A stretch of DNA of 64,000 bases, taken from NCBI GenBank assembly GCA_964016885.1, contig OZ024745.1, positions 57,164,001 to 57,228,000 on the forward strand, read 5' to 3'. The notes below the pieces were generated by a model. It ran no database searches. It worked only from the letters and a program-made list of their open reading frames with translations, and was not told where the DNA came from. Both the position numbers and the translations under genes were made by a program. Shown here in pieces: positions 42,464-55,264 of the stretch; positions within the stretch are counted from its first letter, which is position 1, and every line of letters starts with the position of its first letter. The stretch comes from Eledone cirrhosa (lineage: Eukaryota).

Positions 42464-45351
42464 TGTGTACGCCCGTCCGCAAACACACATACACGCACTT
42501 ATATATATATATAAATATATATACATATACAGTTTTTCATTTGTAAAAAAACTAAACAGTATTTGGAGCTTAGGAAGTAAAATTAAAACCTTTAAACCAT
42601 GAAGTGAAGTGTGCACTCAATTACACACGAATAAAAATAGTCGTAAGTGGTTATAAGATGTTTCACTTCCGTGAAATCATATTTAAAAGATGTGGTGAAA
42701 TAACCAATTACGTAATATTTGGACATAGTATTGTTAGATTATTTAAACTTTACTACATGATTACTGTAACCTAGAGAAACAGTTATTTTGTTAAATAAAG
42801 TTAGTCTGATGTACTGTTTCAAAGGTTTTCATCGTGAGCGAAAAGAAAATTGAGCACTTATATTATCCTGATAGTAAAAATACCAGAAAAGATAATATTT
42901 CGATACATATTGCTATAGCATTGCAGGCTGATTGGAAAGTAAGTTTTTAAAATTAATCGATCTACATCGATTGCTAGTACATTTTTATCGATACCCACAT
43001 TCATGAAAGCCGATTTGGATTTCGGTGGTATTTAAATTTAAAAGTCAATAATGTTACTGCTCATGTATAGAATTGAAAAATGTCATACTTTTATTTAAGA
43101 CATCTAATTGAAATATTAAAAAAAAAAAAATTTATTGGAAAAAATGGAGATTGGTGATAAATTGACTATCAAAGTGCCCTGAACTCAATAAAATCTAGAA
43201 GCACACTAGCTCGTTGTCTCTTCCGACATAAATCTGCATAAATAAGGGTAAATACTATAAATAAGGGTAAATACAATGTAGTGTGATATTATAACAGATG
43301 AAATAATACCGTATATGAATATTACATACTGCAGCCATCATAAATGCCAAAATGGTTATGACTGGAATTGAGCGAATGAATTATATAGAAAAAAAAATCA
43401 CGAAGTGATATTGAATATATTGATCTAGCCCCCATCAAGAAAAATCAGCGTGTCAACGGAAAATTTTAAATTGGACATATACATTTCAGAACAACAACAT
43501 GCACGGCAACAGTGATAACAACAGCACTAATAATCATTGTGTAAAGTAAAACCGATTTTATAATCCACTGTAAACTGAACGTGATTTCAATTCGGGAGAT
43601 TTAATATGAAACACTGGAAATCTGAAAACACTACACCAGCATAGCCATCTGTGTTATATTATCAGAAAATAACTATTTGAAGTGAAGCTTGATTTGCTGG
43701 ATCTTTTAGGCTACTGGTTACAATTTAGGAAGTCTGGATATCAAATAGCAGCGATAATGACGCGAACGTTATTTCATTGAAAACATGATTCAATGTACAT
43801 ACCATTAATACTTATGACGGTGTTCCGTATCGAGATACGGTTGGCTACTGTATGATGGGTGGATTTATATTAGAGAAAACACTCTTCTCAAGTAGATTGC
43901 CCTGAAACTGGTGCTGACATTGCCCTTGTCTCTGATAATTAACTGAAAATCCTTTATTGAGTGAGTGTTTCCATGCCACTAGTCTTTGTGAGTGTATCAC
44001 AAAATGAGAATATCCGGCCACGAGATGTGAGTGTATGGACAACATCCTTATATCAGGTGAGGATTGTTCAAATGTGGAATGTAAACTACCTGTTCTGAGC
44101 ACGAAGTCAGGTAATTAATATTATGTTCTTTGTGTTTTTTCCATTTACTGTGATTTGATAAAATGATATTAGGTAGTCGTTTTCTGTTTCAGGTGGCACA
44201 GCTGCTTTTAAATGTAAGACGGTGTCACAGAGGCCTTAGATCTCAGTTGACACGTTTCTTCTCTGCATCGCTGTTAATTTACTGTCATTATTATAGAGCT
44301 CAGTGTTATTGAGATATGCACCCAATGTGTTAGGTGGTTTGCATGCGGTTATACAATACTTTACATTTGTCGTACGAAGGGGTATTAAGGAACATTACGT
44401 AATGTAATGTCTTGTTTCCATAGAAGTTTCAAGATGAGCAATGTTGATGTCAAGTTTGTTGATGAAACTATTAGACAGTGGGGTTACAATGTAGTAACCT
44501 GGATACATTTAGGGTGAATGGTATTGATATCAATCGTAATTTACTTGATAAACTATTGGGGAATATAAGTAACAATCTGTTTCACTTCCTAGATGTTTCA
44601 AGTCATGCTGTTCTCTTTCGAGCAACAACTTCCATTGTTTACCCACAAGACAATAAAACTACTACAACTGCTAGGATTACTGAGAAGCGAAAAGGAGAAG
44701 ACAGAGAGAACATAATTCGAGAAGAGAGATGACGACAATTAATGTTGATTTTCGATTTTTGCAAATCTTAGTGCTCAGGAAAGCTAAAAGCCAGCAGAGA
44801 ATCCCATTGGCAAGACAGAAAAGATTGTCTAAAGAGAATTTGCGATTGCATTTCAAATGTAAATGAATGAGACCTAACTTACGATCTGGTGGTCAACCTA
44901 AAATTGTAAGGACGGGGCATCCACAAGTAGAGCTCCTAAGAAAAATGGCTATAAAAATATCTATAGAAAACGAACTAAGAAGAAACATGTGGATAGTGTG
45001 ATATAGACTGAAGTCAACATGAAACATCAGGATTGAAAATTCATCTTTGGATCTTAAACACACTGTGAAGTGTCACAGTGGAGGCAACAGAGCAGATGTG
45101 GCAATACAACTCGAATTGGAGGACGGAGTTGGATGTGCTGTCATATTAGTACACTATGTTATGTTTTCCCACTCTCTGCCCAGCATCAAACCATGTGTTT
45201 AGAGATGTCTGCTGAAGATCAAAATTGTCCTCCTATTCAGCATGTCTGCCACGTTCCTATCACTTTTTGTTCATATTTAACGCAAATCGTTTCTTTGCAT
45301 TTGTTTTATCATATATCAACGCTATATGATATGCGCTAATTTCTCTCAATC

Positions 45352-45514
<163 letters not shown>

Positions 45515-45659
45515 CATACGGAGTTGCTCAGTTCTTTGAAAAATGTTAATAAAAGATGCATACTTCATGCAAGAATAGCTTTATTTGAGAAAGGTTTGCA
45601 AATTTAAACTTGAGACTATTCTTGATCTTTCTATTTCAGGAATCCGAGATTAATATCAA

Positions 45660-46400
45660 GGTCTAAGAATTTGACATGCTTGAAGCGGATGATCGACTAT
45701 AGGATGAGATGGCAGAGAGTCTGGTAATATGCGTACGATTTTTCTTTTGCATATCAAAGCCTCTATCAAAGGCCTCACAACCATCTTTAAACCTTCTCAT
45801 ATTCAGGAACATTGAACCTAATCTCCGAGGAAATGAATGGGGAGGCATGACATCTCCCTCATTGCTCACGACTCCTAGAAGCCTCAAAGTTGCAGGAAAC
45901 TATGTGTGTATGCTCGAAGGGAGTTCTCTGTATAAGCATCAGGTATTCCTTCAGTTTAGAATCTGGCGTCGATCGAAGTCTTTCTCCTCAGAGGAAAAAC
46001 AAAAGACACCAGGCTCTTGATATTTCAAATAGATTTACGTGGATTAGACGATTATATTTTGTATCTGCAAGTATGAAGTGTCCTATCCACCTCATACATT
46101 ATTTGTATCGAAGAAACTAATGTACAATTCTTCCGATTATGTGCCTTGACATCTTCTTTGCAATTATGGTAATTGATTTTCTTCGGTCGTTTTCAAACAA
46201 TTGGGTGGTTTGTTTTTTATCAGGACTTTTGGCAGTCGTTTTACTTTTGGTTCCGGCTGTGGAATCACCGTCAGATTTGTGCGAATATTGACAACAAATG
46301 ACCATGTAATTTTCAGAAAGAAGGCAAATACCGTGCTCTCTACATTTAAGGTAACTATTACAGCGCCCCTTTCCATTTGCTAAGTTAGCTTGAAGCTTAT
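45660..46400 (-). mobile_element. Decayed Tc1/mariner-superfamily transposase (maT/DD37D-like)
   Basis: Fragments QLFENDRRKSITIIAKKMS..IGRIVH, FSSEEKDFD (FSDEKxF-like) and FPATLRLLGVVSNEGDVMPPH. Confidence 0.8.
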
Positions 46401-46565
46401 CATCTTTTTCCTGTGAACAAAAAAATATTTATAAAAATAGAGCTATTAAAAAACGTGTCTTTAAAGCACTAGACAAATAGCCACCCCCTCTCTCACTCTC
46501 TCTCTTTCTCTTTCTCACCCCCACCTCTCTCTCTCTATATATATATATATATTTATTTTTTTTAA

Positions 46566-46688
46566 ATTAAAATAACAGATTAAAGTTTAAGCAAAGAATC
46601 GCTGCTTTCACCCTTAACGGGATTTTCAGAAGGTCCCGTTAAGTGTGAAAGCAACGATTCTTTGCTTAAACTTTAATCTGTTATTTTA
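46566..46688. repeat. Near-perfect about 55-bp-arm hairpin
   Basis: AAAATAACAGATTAAAG...CCCTTAACGGGA and its reverse complement, with a short loop. Confidence 0.9.
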
Positions 46689-46797
46689 ATAAATATTTTC
46701 TCTACTGTTCCTATGTATTTGATATATATTTATCCTTATCGAGCCCTCTTTGGATTTTAGTCTTCAAATTTATTATTATTGCTATATATATATATAT

Positions 46798-46989
46798 AAC
46801 GAAGGAAATGTGGTAAGGAACCAGGTGGACAAAAAGGCACCAAAGTACTCAATACTTAGGGTAGTAGACTGGGTAATAGGAACGAGTAGGACCCTGACGG
46901 CTGAGCTCAAGCCGTTTCGACGACTAATTCTGGACTAGAATTAGCCGTCGAAACGGCTTGAGCTCAGCCGTCGGGGTCCTACTCGTTCC

Positions 46990-46990
<1 letters not shown>
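46798..46990. mobile_element. Family H fold-back element, copy 3
   Basis: Same body. Hairpin 46877-46991 with loop GGACT. (TA)n flanks. Confidence 0.88.
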
Positions 46991-47024
<34 letters not shown>

Positions 47025-47462
47025 ATATATACATATTTCTCTCTCTCTCTACATATATATATTAGTGTAGGGGAAGGGGTTGGGCGTTGATGTGTGTGCA
47101 TATTAGAGATGGGATTTGCGGTCAATTTAATTAATTCTAATACTTGACTTGTTTGTGTATATCCTGTTATATAAAAGAGAAATTATGTGGTAAGTACAGT
47201 GTGATTTGATTCCAAAGAGCCAATGCATGGTACAAACATATCCTAGGCGCCTTCTTTATTTCTACACAAATATAGCTTCCCAACACATTTATATTTTAAA
47301 CATAATTTTCCCTATTGGTTTTCTTTGTGGGAAAATGGACACAGTTACACAATATACACTGGTATGTATTTTGTACGTAGCTTTATTTTCTTTTGGTTAC
47401 ATTGCTCTCCCTCTCTCTCTCACTCTCTCTCTCTATATATATATATATATACATACATACAT

Positions 47463-47543
<81 letters not shown>

Positions 47544-48567
47544 CATATATATGCATATATGTATATATACATAATTTATTGATTCCTCATTTACCCATTT
47601 GTTTAAACTTTATAATATTCCATTTGGCAAATATGAAATCTCGTTTATATACATACAATGCCTGGGAGAATTTGGTCGTTATTAACCACTGTCAATAACA
47701 GCAAGAAGACCACCAACATTACCACCACCAGCAGCAAACCTATTGGCAGTTAAATGTACACTTCATATAAAGTGCCTGTGCAACACGTTCCCATACAGTA
47801 TATGAAAATATAGATAGGTTTGCATTAACCAATAACTGTAATTCTATAGAGAATTTAATACAAAATAAGGTAAACCACTAAAGATGCTCTACCAATAGCA
47901 TATAAAAGAATACTGCCATGCTTCAGCCGGTGAGGAATTTTAAATTACGCGTCCATGATTTCCTATCACTCCCATGATACTTTTTGAAAGCTGCTATGAA
48001 CCTGACGAATATACAAATAAGTCCCTTCCGACCCTAAAGAGAAAACAGTGAAACTTTCAGCGTGTTAAAACGCATATGGAATTAGGAAATGTTCCAAACC
48101 AACATAAAGTACTTAAGAGAAAATCCTTAACAAAATTCTCAAACTGGGACATAGGCATGTTTTCAATGACATGTTTGAAGGAAACGTTGCCACGTACAGA
48201 AAACACACACAGAGACATACACTCATATATATATACATATCTTCTTTTCTATCTTTGAGAGATTATTGGTGGCAGAGTCCTGAAACACACATTCAGCGTG
48301 CCCTGTTAGATGCAACTATTTTAAAATGATCCGGCTAGATCCCTATGTGAGACAAGCCAAGCACATGTATGTTATCCAATCATTTTGCCCGTAAAATATG
48401 TATTTGAGATTCTTTCCTGAGACAATGAACCACATTCTTATAATATCGGAACTGAGATCTCTCAATTAACGTCTCCAACTGGAGCAAATCTTCATCGAGT
48501 AGCATTACTACAAAGACCCTTCAGAGCAAGTCCCTTTCGGCCGCTTGTATATATATGTATATATGCA

Positions 48568-48634
<67 letters not shown>

Positions 48635-48640
<6 letters not shown>

Positions 48641-48927
48641 GAATGTATGTATAGTATATTTGGCAATATACCGTATGTTTATTTAAAAACACTTAGAAGA
48701 CCATACGCTATCAGTTTTAAAGTAGTGACTATGTCACTTACCTCTTTTCGGCGAACGAACGGAGAGAAGCTGACAGTCTGTTTCATGCTGGTTGGCGTTC
48801 ATCAGTGCCACGTACTCAGCCTGCTTCCGCCGAAAATTATAGAAGCTGGATCCTTATAGAATTCCAGTAATAATCAAGAGCAGATTACGGTATATTGCCA
48901 AATACACCATACATACATTCATGTATA
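48635..48927. mobile_element. Small fold-back remnant with a degenerate minus-strand HHR (about 48770-48815)
   Basis: About 40-bp terminal IRs. CUGAUGA-acgc caacca gcat-GAAA-CAG a CUG-UC on the minus strand. Confidence 0.6.
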
Positions 48928-48949
48928 CATCGCTATTTCAGAGCACCAC

Positions 48950-48989
<40 letters not shown>

Positions 48990-48992
<3 letters not shown>

Positions 48993-49740
48993 GATCAAGG
49001 TCTAGCAAATAGAGAAAAAGTTTTAAAATAAATTTTAAAAAATTCGCTGTACTTACTATATGTGCTTTACCGCGGTTTCATGCTCCAGAATAAACGGAAA
49101 ATCCAAGCAAATTTCTATTGAGAAGGGAGCAATCTTCAGAAGGTTCTTCTCCCTCGGAGAATATAAAATTCCCGAGTTCAAATCAGAAACTGACGCCATC
49201 CCAAATGATAGCGGATGATGAAAGAAATAATTCTGCCTGGTGCCGTGTGCAAAGACAAAAGGCAGGTTGGACAGGTCAATGTCCTGCCACTAGAAATAGC
49301 AGCAGTTCAAACGGCGAAAATGTTATCTCTATCTTAAGGGGAGATCAATAATTATAAAGTAGGAATTCCTACGTGTAAAAGATACATATAGGGACACAAG
49401 TATTATCCAACGGTATGCCAATGTAGTTCTATGGCCGGTTAATAAATTAACAAGCCAGAACATATAAAATCAAGATCTAGCAAATGGAGCCTTCTGACGA
49501 TTGCTCCCTTTTCAATGAAAATCCGCTTGGATTTTTCGTTTATTCTGGAGCATGAAACCGCGGTAAAGGCACATATAGTAAGTACAGCGAATTTTTTAAA
49601 ATTTATTTTAAAACTTTTTCTCTATTTGCTAGACCTTGATTTTATATGTTCTGGCTTGTTAATTTATTAACCCGCATGCGAGTGGATAATACTTGTTTCC
49701 CTATATGTATTTTTTACACGTAGGAATTCATACTTTATTA
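48990..49740. mobile_element. Fold-back cluster of PLE pLTR fragments
   Basis: 48990-49143 inverted versus 49490-49640, and 49352-49480 inverted versus 49620-49740. Confidence 0.8.
49489..49570 (+). ncRNA. Intact hammerhead ribozyme with 53-nt helix II (inverted copy 49063-49143)
   Basis: gcctt-CTGACGA-tTGCTCC...GGAGCAt-GAAA-CCGCGG-TA-aaggc. Confidence 0.88.
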
Positions 49741-50612
49741 TTATTATATATATATAAATATATATATATCACCCTTTGGTCACGATTGACCACTGAATTT
49801 GCATATATATATTGATAAAGTATCATGTTCAGTAGATAATATATAAATAATATTTGTTTCTTCAATTAAAAATACGATAATAAGGCTTTTCTAATGAGCC
49901 GAGTCTATGACTTTCGTCCTTTATCTGACTTATTACCATGTGAAAACATTTTTTGCAGAAGGGTCAATCAAACTGGAATAAACGGATGTTATACATTTCA
50001 TTAAACAGATATGGTTTGTTTTCAGATAGGAGGAATTTAATAAAAGGCATTTCAAATTTGAAGAATTATTTCTATAGTTCTTTCAGTAATCAATGCTTAA
50101 ACATTAATTGAATGAGCAGAGTTAAAACGTGTGGGTTAATACTAACAACGGTTTGATATTGGCGTATGATGCAGATATTTAATATGAAGTAAGATATCAA
50201 ACTTTTAGTTTCATTCCCATGGGTTTAGGGAGCATTTCTGAAGTCAGTGAGGGTACGGGTTCAACTTTGGTCAATTTAGTTGTAGTGAAAAGTTTACTTC
50301 TTCGCATTCTAAAATGGTTAGAAAACTTCGATATGCGATAAACATTGTTGAGCATATTTAAATAGACATGTTTTTCGGTAATTTGGGGTAGTTTGGGGAC
50401 AACAATAAAATTATGGTTGCTGCCCCCAGTTTCACTACCCCTATATATATATGCATAAATTAAAAAAAAATATGTTCTGTATCCTTTCCTCGGGTGTTAA
50501 TATATCGAGCTACTTCGCATTTGGTAAGAAACTGGAATTATACCCAATTTATTCCTATCTCGTATATATATTTACAATTTACATTAGAGTATATATATAT
50601 ATATATATATAT

Positions 50613-50803
50613 GAACCAGTAAGACCCCGACAGCTGAGCTCAAGCCGTTTCGACGGCTAATTCTGAATTATAGAATTAGCCGTCGAAACGGCTTGAGCTC
50701 AGCTGTCGGGGTCTTACTGGTTCCTATTACCCACTCTACTACCCCAAGTATTGAGTACTTTGGTGCGTTATGGTCCACCTGGTTCCTTACCACATTTCCT
50801 TCG

Positions 50804-50805
<2 letters not shown>
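50613..50805. mobile_element. Family H fold-back element, copy 4 (opposite orientation)
   Basis: Hairpin 50613-50723 followed by the body ending CCTTCGTT(AT)n. Confidence 0.88.
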
Positions 50806-50838
<33 letters not shown>

Positions 50839-51950
50839 TAAATTAGCGAGAATCGTTTTCAGCTCAGGAATTAACGAAAATCAACGTCTGATATGTGTGG
50901 CAAGCTCAATGAATCATATGAATCAGAGCTACAACATACGTTAAGGGCCAAACACACTGAGATGATGGTTAAACATATCATCCGCACAGCCAAAACAAAA
51001 CGACCAAGTAATTCGGGTCAAACAATAAAAATATATGTGTTGATACTTTCCCGGACTCTGGACTGATGGTAAAATCCAGTATTGGTTTCTGCGTTTCCAA
51101 ATCAGGTACTGTCCGCCTACATAAAGAATGTTGGGCTTCTGGTGAGATGATGAACAAGGAAGTCGTGTTATCAACGGGTTTTGCTCCAAGATGCTATAGA
51201 TAGTGTGGCTATTACTGACCCGTCGTGGGATTCAGCAAGGGAGGTAACACCTCTATTAAGCGAATGATTCAGTTGTGTATTATTGCGAGAATGCAAAATA
51301 TCACAAATCGAATAAAGCTCTCGACAGAATAGTTAAATATAACAGAGCTATTCAACAGTCAATATAAGTAACTGAAAAAATCAATAAAATTAACTGCTCA
51401 ATAGCTAGACTCTGGAGATTAATACAAATATAAATTAGCGAGAATCGTTTTCAGCTCAGGAATTAAGGAAAATATATATATATATATATATAAGTTATAA
51501 GAATATATATATATATATATATATATAAGTTATAAGAATCAAAGTTCTGTTCAAATCATTTATATGCTTACAATTGTTTCCTCCAAACCGAGGTTTGGAT
51601 TCTTCGGAGCAATTTATTAATGAATGATCACATATATGACCTCCTTTTCAACCCAAGAGACATACAGATACATATGCAAATATTGTTGCTTGGTGTGTCG
51701 ACATCCATTATAACGTGGCAGTATACATTTAAAGATTACATTCATATCAAAAGAGGATAAAATTAAAAATTAAAGTTAAAATACAACATGAAATTAATGC
51801 GATAGGATAGTCAGAATCAGTTAGTGTGTGCAATAGTTACACGTGTGGCAAGCACGTGTGTCCTATTTATATAATATTATAGTGCGGCAGGGTATTACAT
51901 GTAATACAAGCACTTTAAGCGGGTAATCAAGAGTATTAAGGGGGTTGTAC

Positions 51951-52008
51951 TGGTAATGTATCTTTTATATGAATCTTCTATAACATTCATATAAAAGATA
52001 CATTACCA
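51951..52008. other. Perfect 24-bp-arm hairpin, candidate parvoviral terminal or origin structure
   Basis: TGGTAATGTATCTTTTATATGAAT-cttctataac-ATTCATATAAAAGATACATTACCA, just upstream of the viral genes. Confidence 0.65.
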
Positions 52009-52180
52009 TTACTTCCACCTCCCTCCCGACTGGCTTGTCTCCCTTCCCAAAAGGGCAGTGCAGAGGGCAGGCAGCTTATCCAATCACATTGAAGATATCA
52101 ATTACAGCGGGAATATTAATGCTAAGTCAGCAATAATTTAAATACGAACACGTAGGCAGAATTAAAAGCATAAAAAACTG

Positions 52181-52188
52181 TATAAATA
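52181..52188 (+). promoter_or_regulatory. Candidate TATA box of the single viral promoter
   Basis: TATAAATA about 95 nt upstream of the first downstream ATG (52278). Confidence 0.5.
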
Positions 52189-52277
52189 TCTAGGCGCGCA
52201 TTTTAAATTACCACAACAGAAATCCACGCCAAAAGAAGAACGTCGATACTTCGCTACTACTCAAGAAGAAAATCATA

Positions 52278-52331
52278 ATGAGTTACGAAGATTTAAAGCT
52301 CCGAGATGCAACAATGTTGGCAGAACTCGCG
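52278..52331 (+). CDS. NS1: Putative NS1 exon 1 (MSYEDLKLRDATMLAELA)
   Basis: ATG plus 18 codons ending at a phase-0 GCG|GTAAGT donor. Joins in frame to the acceptor at 53933. Confidence 0.6.
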
Positions 52332-52341
52332 GTAAGTAATC

Positions 52342-53883
52342 ATGCCTTTACATCTACCATATTATAATTACTGTGGACCATACACAAACAATTACAACAA
52401 CAAACCTATTAATGAATTAGACAACTGCTGCAGAGAACACGACTTAGACTATGACAGAACAGATATAACTATAGAAGAGGCTGACAACAAACTAATCGAG
52501 TGTAGTAAAAAAAGTATCGGCGTTCTTAGTAAGGAATATTATAAGAGGGAAACAAATTGTAATGCCACCGACTGAAAAAAAAGAAAAATAGAACAAGAAC
52601 AATCACACAAAAACCAAGACAGTTGCGAAATATCAGGTCAAGATCTAGTAAACGCGGCAACATCACAAGATAGTGGGATAGTAGAAACACCAGCAATGGG
52701 GGATCCACACATAGGACCATCACCAGGAGGGTCAGCAGCATTAGCACAAGGGGATCAACCACCAGTAATAGGGGATATAAATCGGATAGTCTCAAACAAA
52801 TTCTCCAGAACATTCATACATTACATAAATTGTTCAGATAATCCAATAGACAAAGCATATTACAAAAAACACGATGCAGAATATATACAATTAAACATTA
52901 AAAACATAGAGCAGCTTTAATTCCTTACAGAGTTAAAAGCGAGTATGACAATAGCAGAATTAGAAACATACTTAACACCAGCAAGCAACTTCAGAGTAAA
53001 ATCATGCGGTTACAAAATATCAAACATAATACCACTAACAGACGAATTAGGCACATTACAAAACACTACTACAACAAACACTACATTTAACACTAGACCA
53101 TGGATGATACATTACGTAGATAATAAATACGCATTATTTCCTAACCAAACATGGAATATAGCTCATTTAAATAATAACTGGATACATAACATACCATTAA
53201 CAAGAGAGGAATGTAAACTGGCACCAATCGAAAGCAATAGACTAATTAGAAAAGATTGGTGGCTCTGGCAAGATACCTAAGCTGCAACAGCTACAGATCA
53301 AGAAATGCCAGCAGAAGAAATACTATCATATGTAAACACAGGCGACTTCTAATTCTTATACGCTGGTGATACAGCACAATACACATGGATAAATAGAACA
53401 CCTAGTTGGTTTTCGCTTATGGAGTATTACGCATTCAACACAACTTTCGAACCACCAACAATAAAATTAATTAACCGGTTACCTTCGGAAATAAATACAT
53501 ATTCGGGGGCAAAAAAATCACAATGGGCACCAACAAAAGACGGGACGTGGAGTAGAGATTTAGCAGTTGATAAAACTCAAAAAGAAGAAAATACGGGTAG
53601 ATCACACCTAACTCAATTTACTGTAAATCCTTCAAATCCACCACCAATAGCAACATTAGACTCAGTACCAATATTAGATTCGCAAAATAATCCATCAAAA
53701 ATATCATTTATGATTACGATTACATATTACTCAGAAGTAGATTTCGAATACATGTCGGGTAGTCCTCAAACAATGGGTCGGATGGCTTGGGGTACAGCTA
53801 ACGCAACAATAATGAATTCAGCAAAAACTAACCTATGTAAATGGCCACAAGGTTTACGAAATAACGAGAGTCGGTCGAACTAG
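52342..53883 (+). pseudogene. VP1: Parvoviral capsid gene (VP1 with PLA2; major VP probably from M52696)
   Basis: YNYCGP...NELDNCCREHDLDY PLA2 motif, KRK basic patch, Gly-rich VP start, and IPY..SMT..E..L..FRVKSCGYKI jelly-roll block. Frameshifts near 52560 and 52915, stop at 53278. Confidence 0.9.
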
Positions 53884-53933
53884 ACAAGCACATCGTTAAA
53901 GTAGTATTACAATGTAACCATTTTCCATTTCAG

Positions 53934-55264
53934 AACACGGGTCAAAAATTGTACATGTGCATCTATCCGTGGATAGAAAGCAACGACTTCTATTGGCAAG
54001 AAGGAGCAGGTCCGATAAAACATTTCGAATTAAATATTAATGAACATAACGATGATGAAAGCAGAAAAAACACGTACCAGATAAGCAGCAACTATAAAAT
54101 CAAAGACTTCATTCACTGTATATATCACAGTAATATATCACCACAAAAACAACACATTATGCGCCAAAAAAGAGTGGAACGCCTTTAACCACTTTCATAT
54201 CATATGGCACAGTATGCAGAGACCAGGCGAGAATCAACGTTTGAAATATATTCGAAGCTTATATAAAAAGGCCACAAAATTAATACGATACATCCCAGAA
54301 TGTCAGCGAATCAAGTTTCCTAGCAGTATGGCAAACTACTTCTGCCAACCTCCTCGTTATCTCTTAATCCAAGGAATAGACGATACAAACGAAACCTTTT
54401 CAGATTGGTGCATGCAGGAGTATATAACAAAGCCAGACGCACAACCGAAACCATCTACCAGCAGACAACAAACTACACCAAATGAAGAATCAACATTCAA
54501 GTCAAAATCTGGAACGACTTTAACATTATTTAACTACCTAACATATATATTTACATCAAAGAAGTTGCGAAGTGAACAAGACATGAAATCTCACTGGCTA
54601 CATCGAACAAACAACAACCTCATCGGCGCCATATCACATCCTATGTACGACAGCGTAATGAAAAAGGTATTAGAATGCGAGAAGTTGAAAACATTAAATA
54701 TGTTGTTCCAGGACAAATTCGAGAATATGAACTGGGAATTCTTTGATAACAATAAAAACTAGATGGACAGAGATGTATCTCTAAAAATTTTTAAATCCAT
54801 TATCATGACACAAAATTTACCAGAAGCAACATTTGTCACTACAATATGGCAGCTGCTACCCCCCCCCCCCCCCCGCAAAAAAAATAAAAAGAAATTTACT
54901 CGTACTAAGAGGAATACCAAATACCGGTAAATCTATGGTTGCCAGAAGTATTGATATGTTTACGCACGTATCAACAATACAGGGTACAAGCAGCTTTCTT
55001 TTTCAGAATCTCATCAACGTAGAAATTGGTTTAATAGAAGAACCTAATTTTACTTTAGAAACTCTGCAAACATTAAAAAAACTGGCGAAAGGAGTTGATA
55101 CCGAGGTAGCAATTAAGTTTAAACAAGACCAAATTGTTCATAGGACACCGCTAATAATTACAAGCAACAACAACTTCGACCAGAACGCACGACTATCAGA
55201 AAAAATAGCATTTATAGCATTTATCACACGATACACAGAATATATGGCTAATGGTGAACTCTAA
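53934..55264 (+). pseudogene. NS1: Parvoviral NS1 body (HUH endonuclease and SF3 helicase)
   Basis: HFHIIWH at about 54190, NYF motif, Walker A GIPNTGKS, Walker B IEEP and motif C IITSN. Frameshift near 54160, stop at 54760, frameshift in poly-C near 54865. Confidence 0.92.

Larger units (their letters stand above)
51951..55264 (+). mobile_element. Endogenous parvovirus (densovirus-like) element, decayed, 3'-truncated
   Basis: PLA2-capsid and HUH/SF3-helicase NS1 coding sequences with stops and frameshifts, plus a hairpin and TATA box. Confidence 0.93.

Noticed and set aside
43845-44560. Possible host exons or RTE endonuclease remnant
   Set aside because: Only a faint LDINIA similarity and isolated splice-like sites, with no coherent frame.
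52166-52339. Alternative open frame upstream of VP (KSTPKEERRYF...RGK*) as a VP1 N-terminus
   Set aside because: It has no ATG, overlaps the TATA box, stops before and out of frame with the VP ATG, and the donor phase favours the MSYEDL frame.
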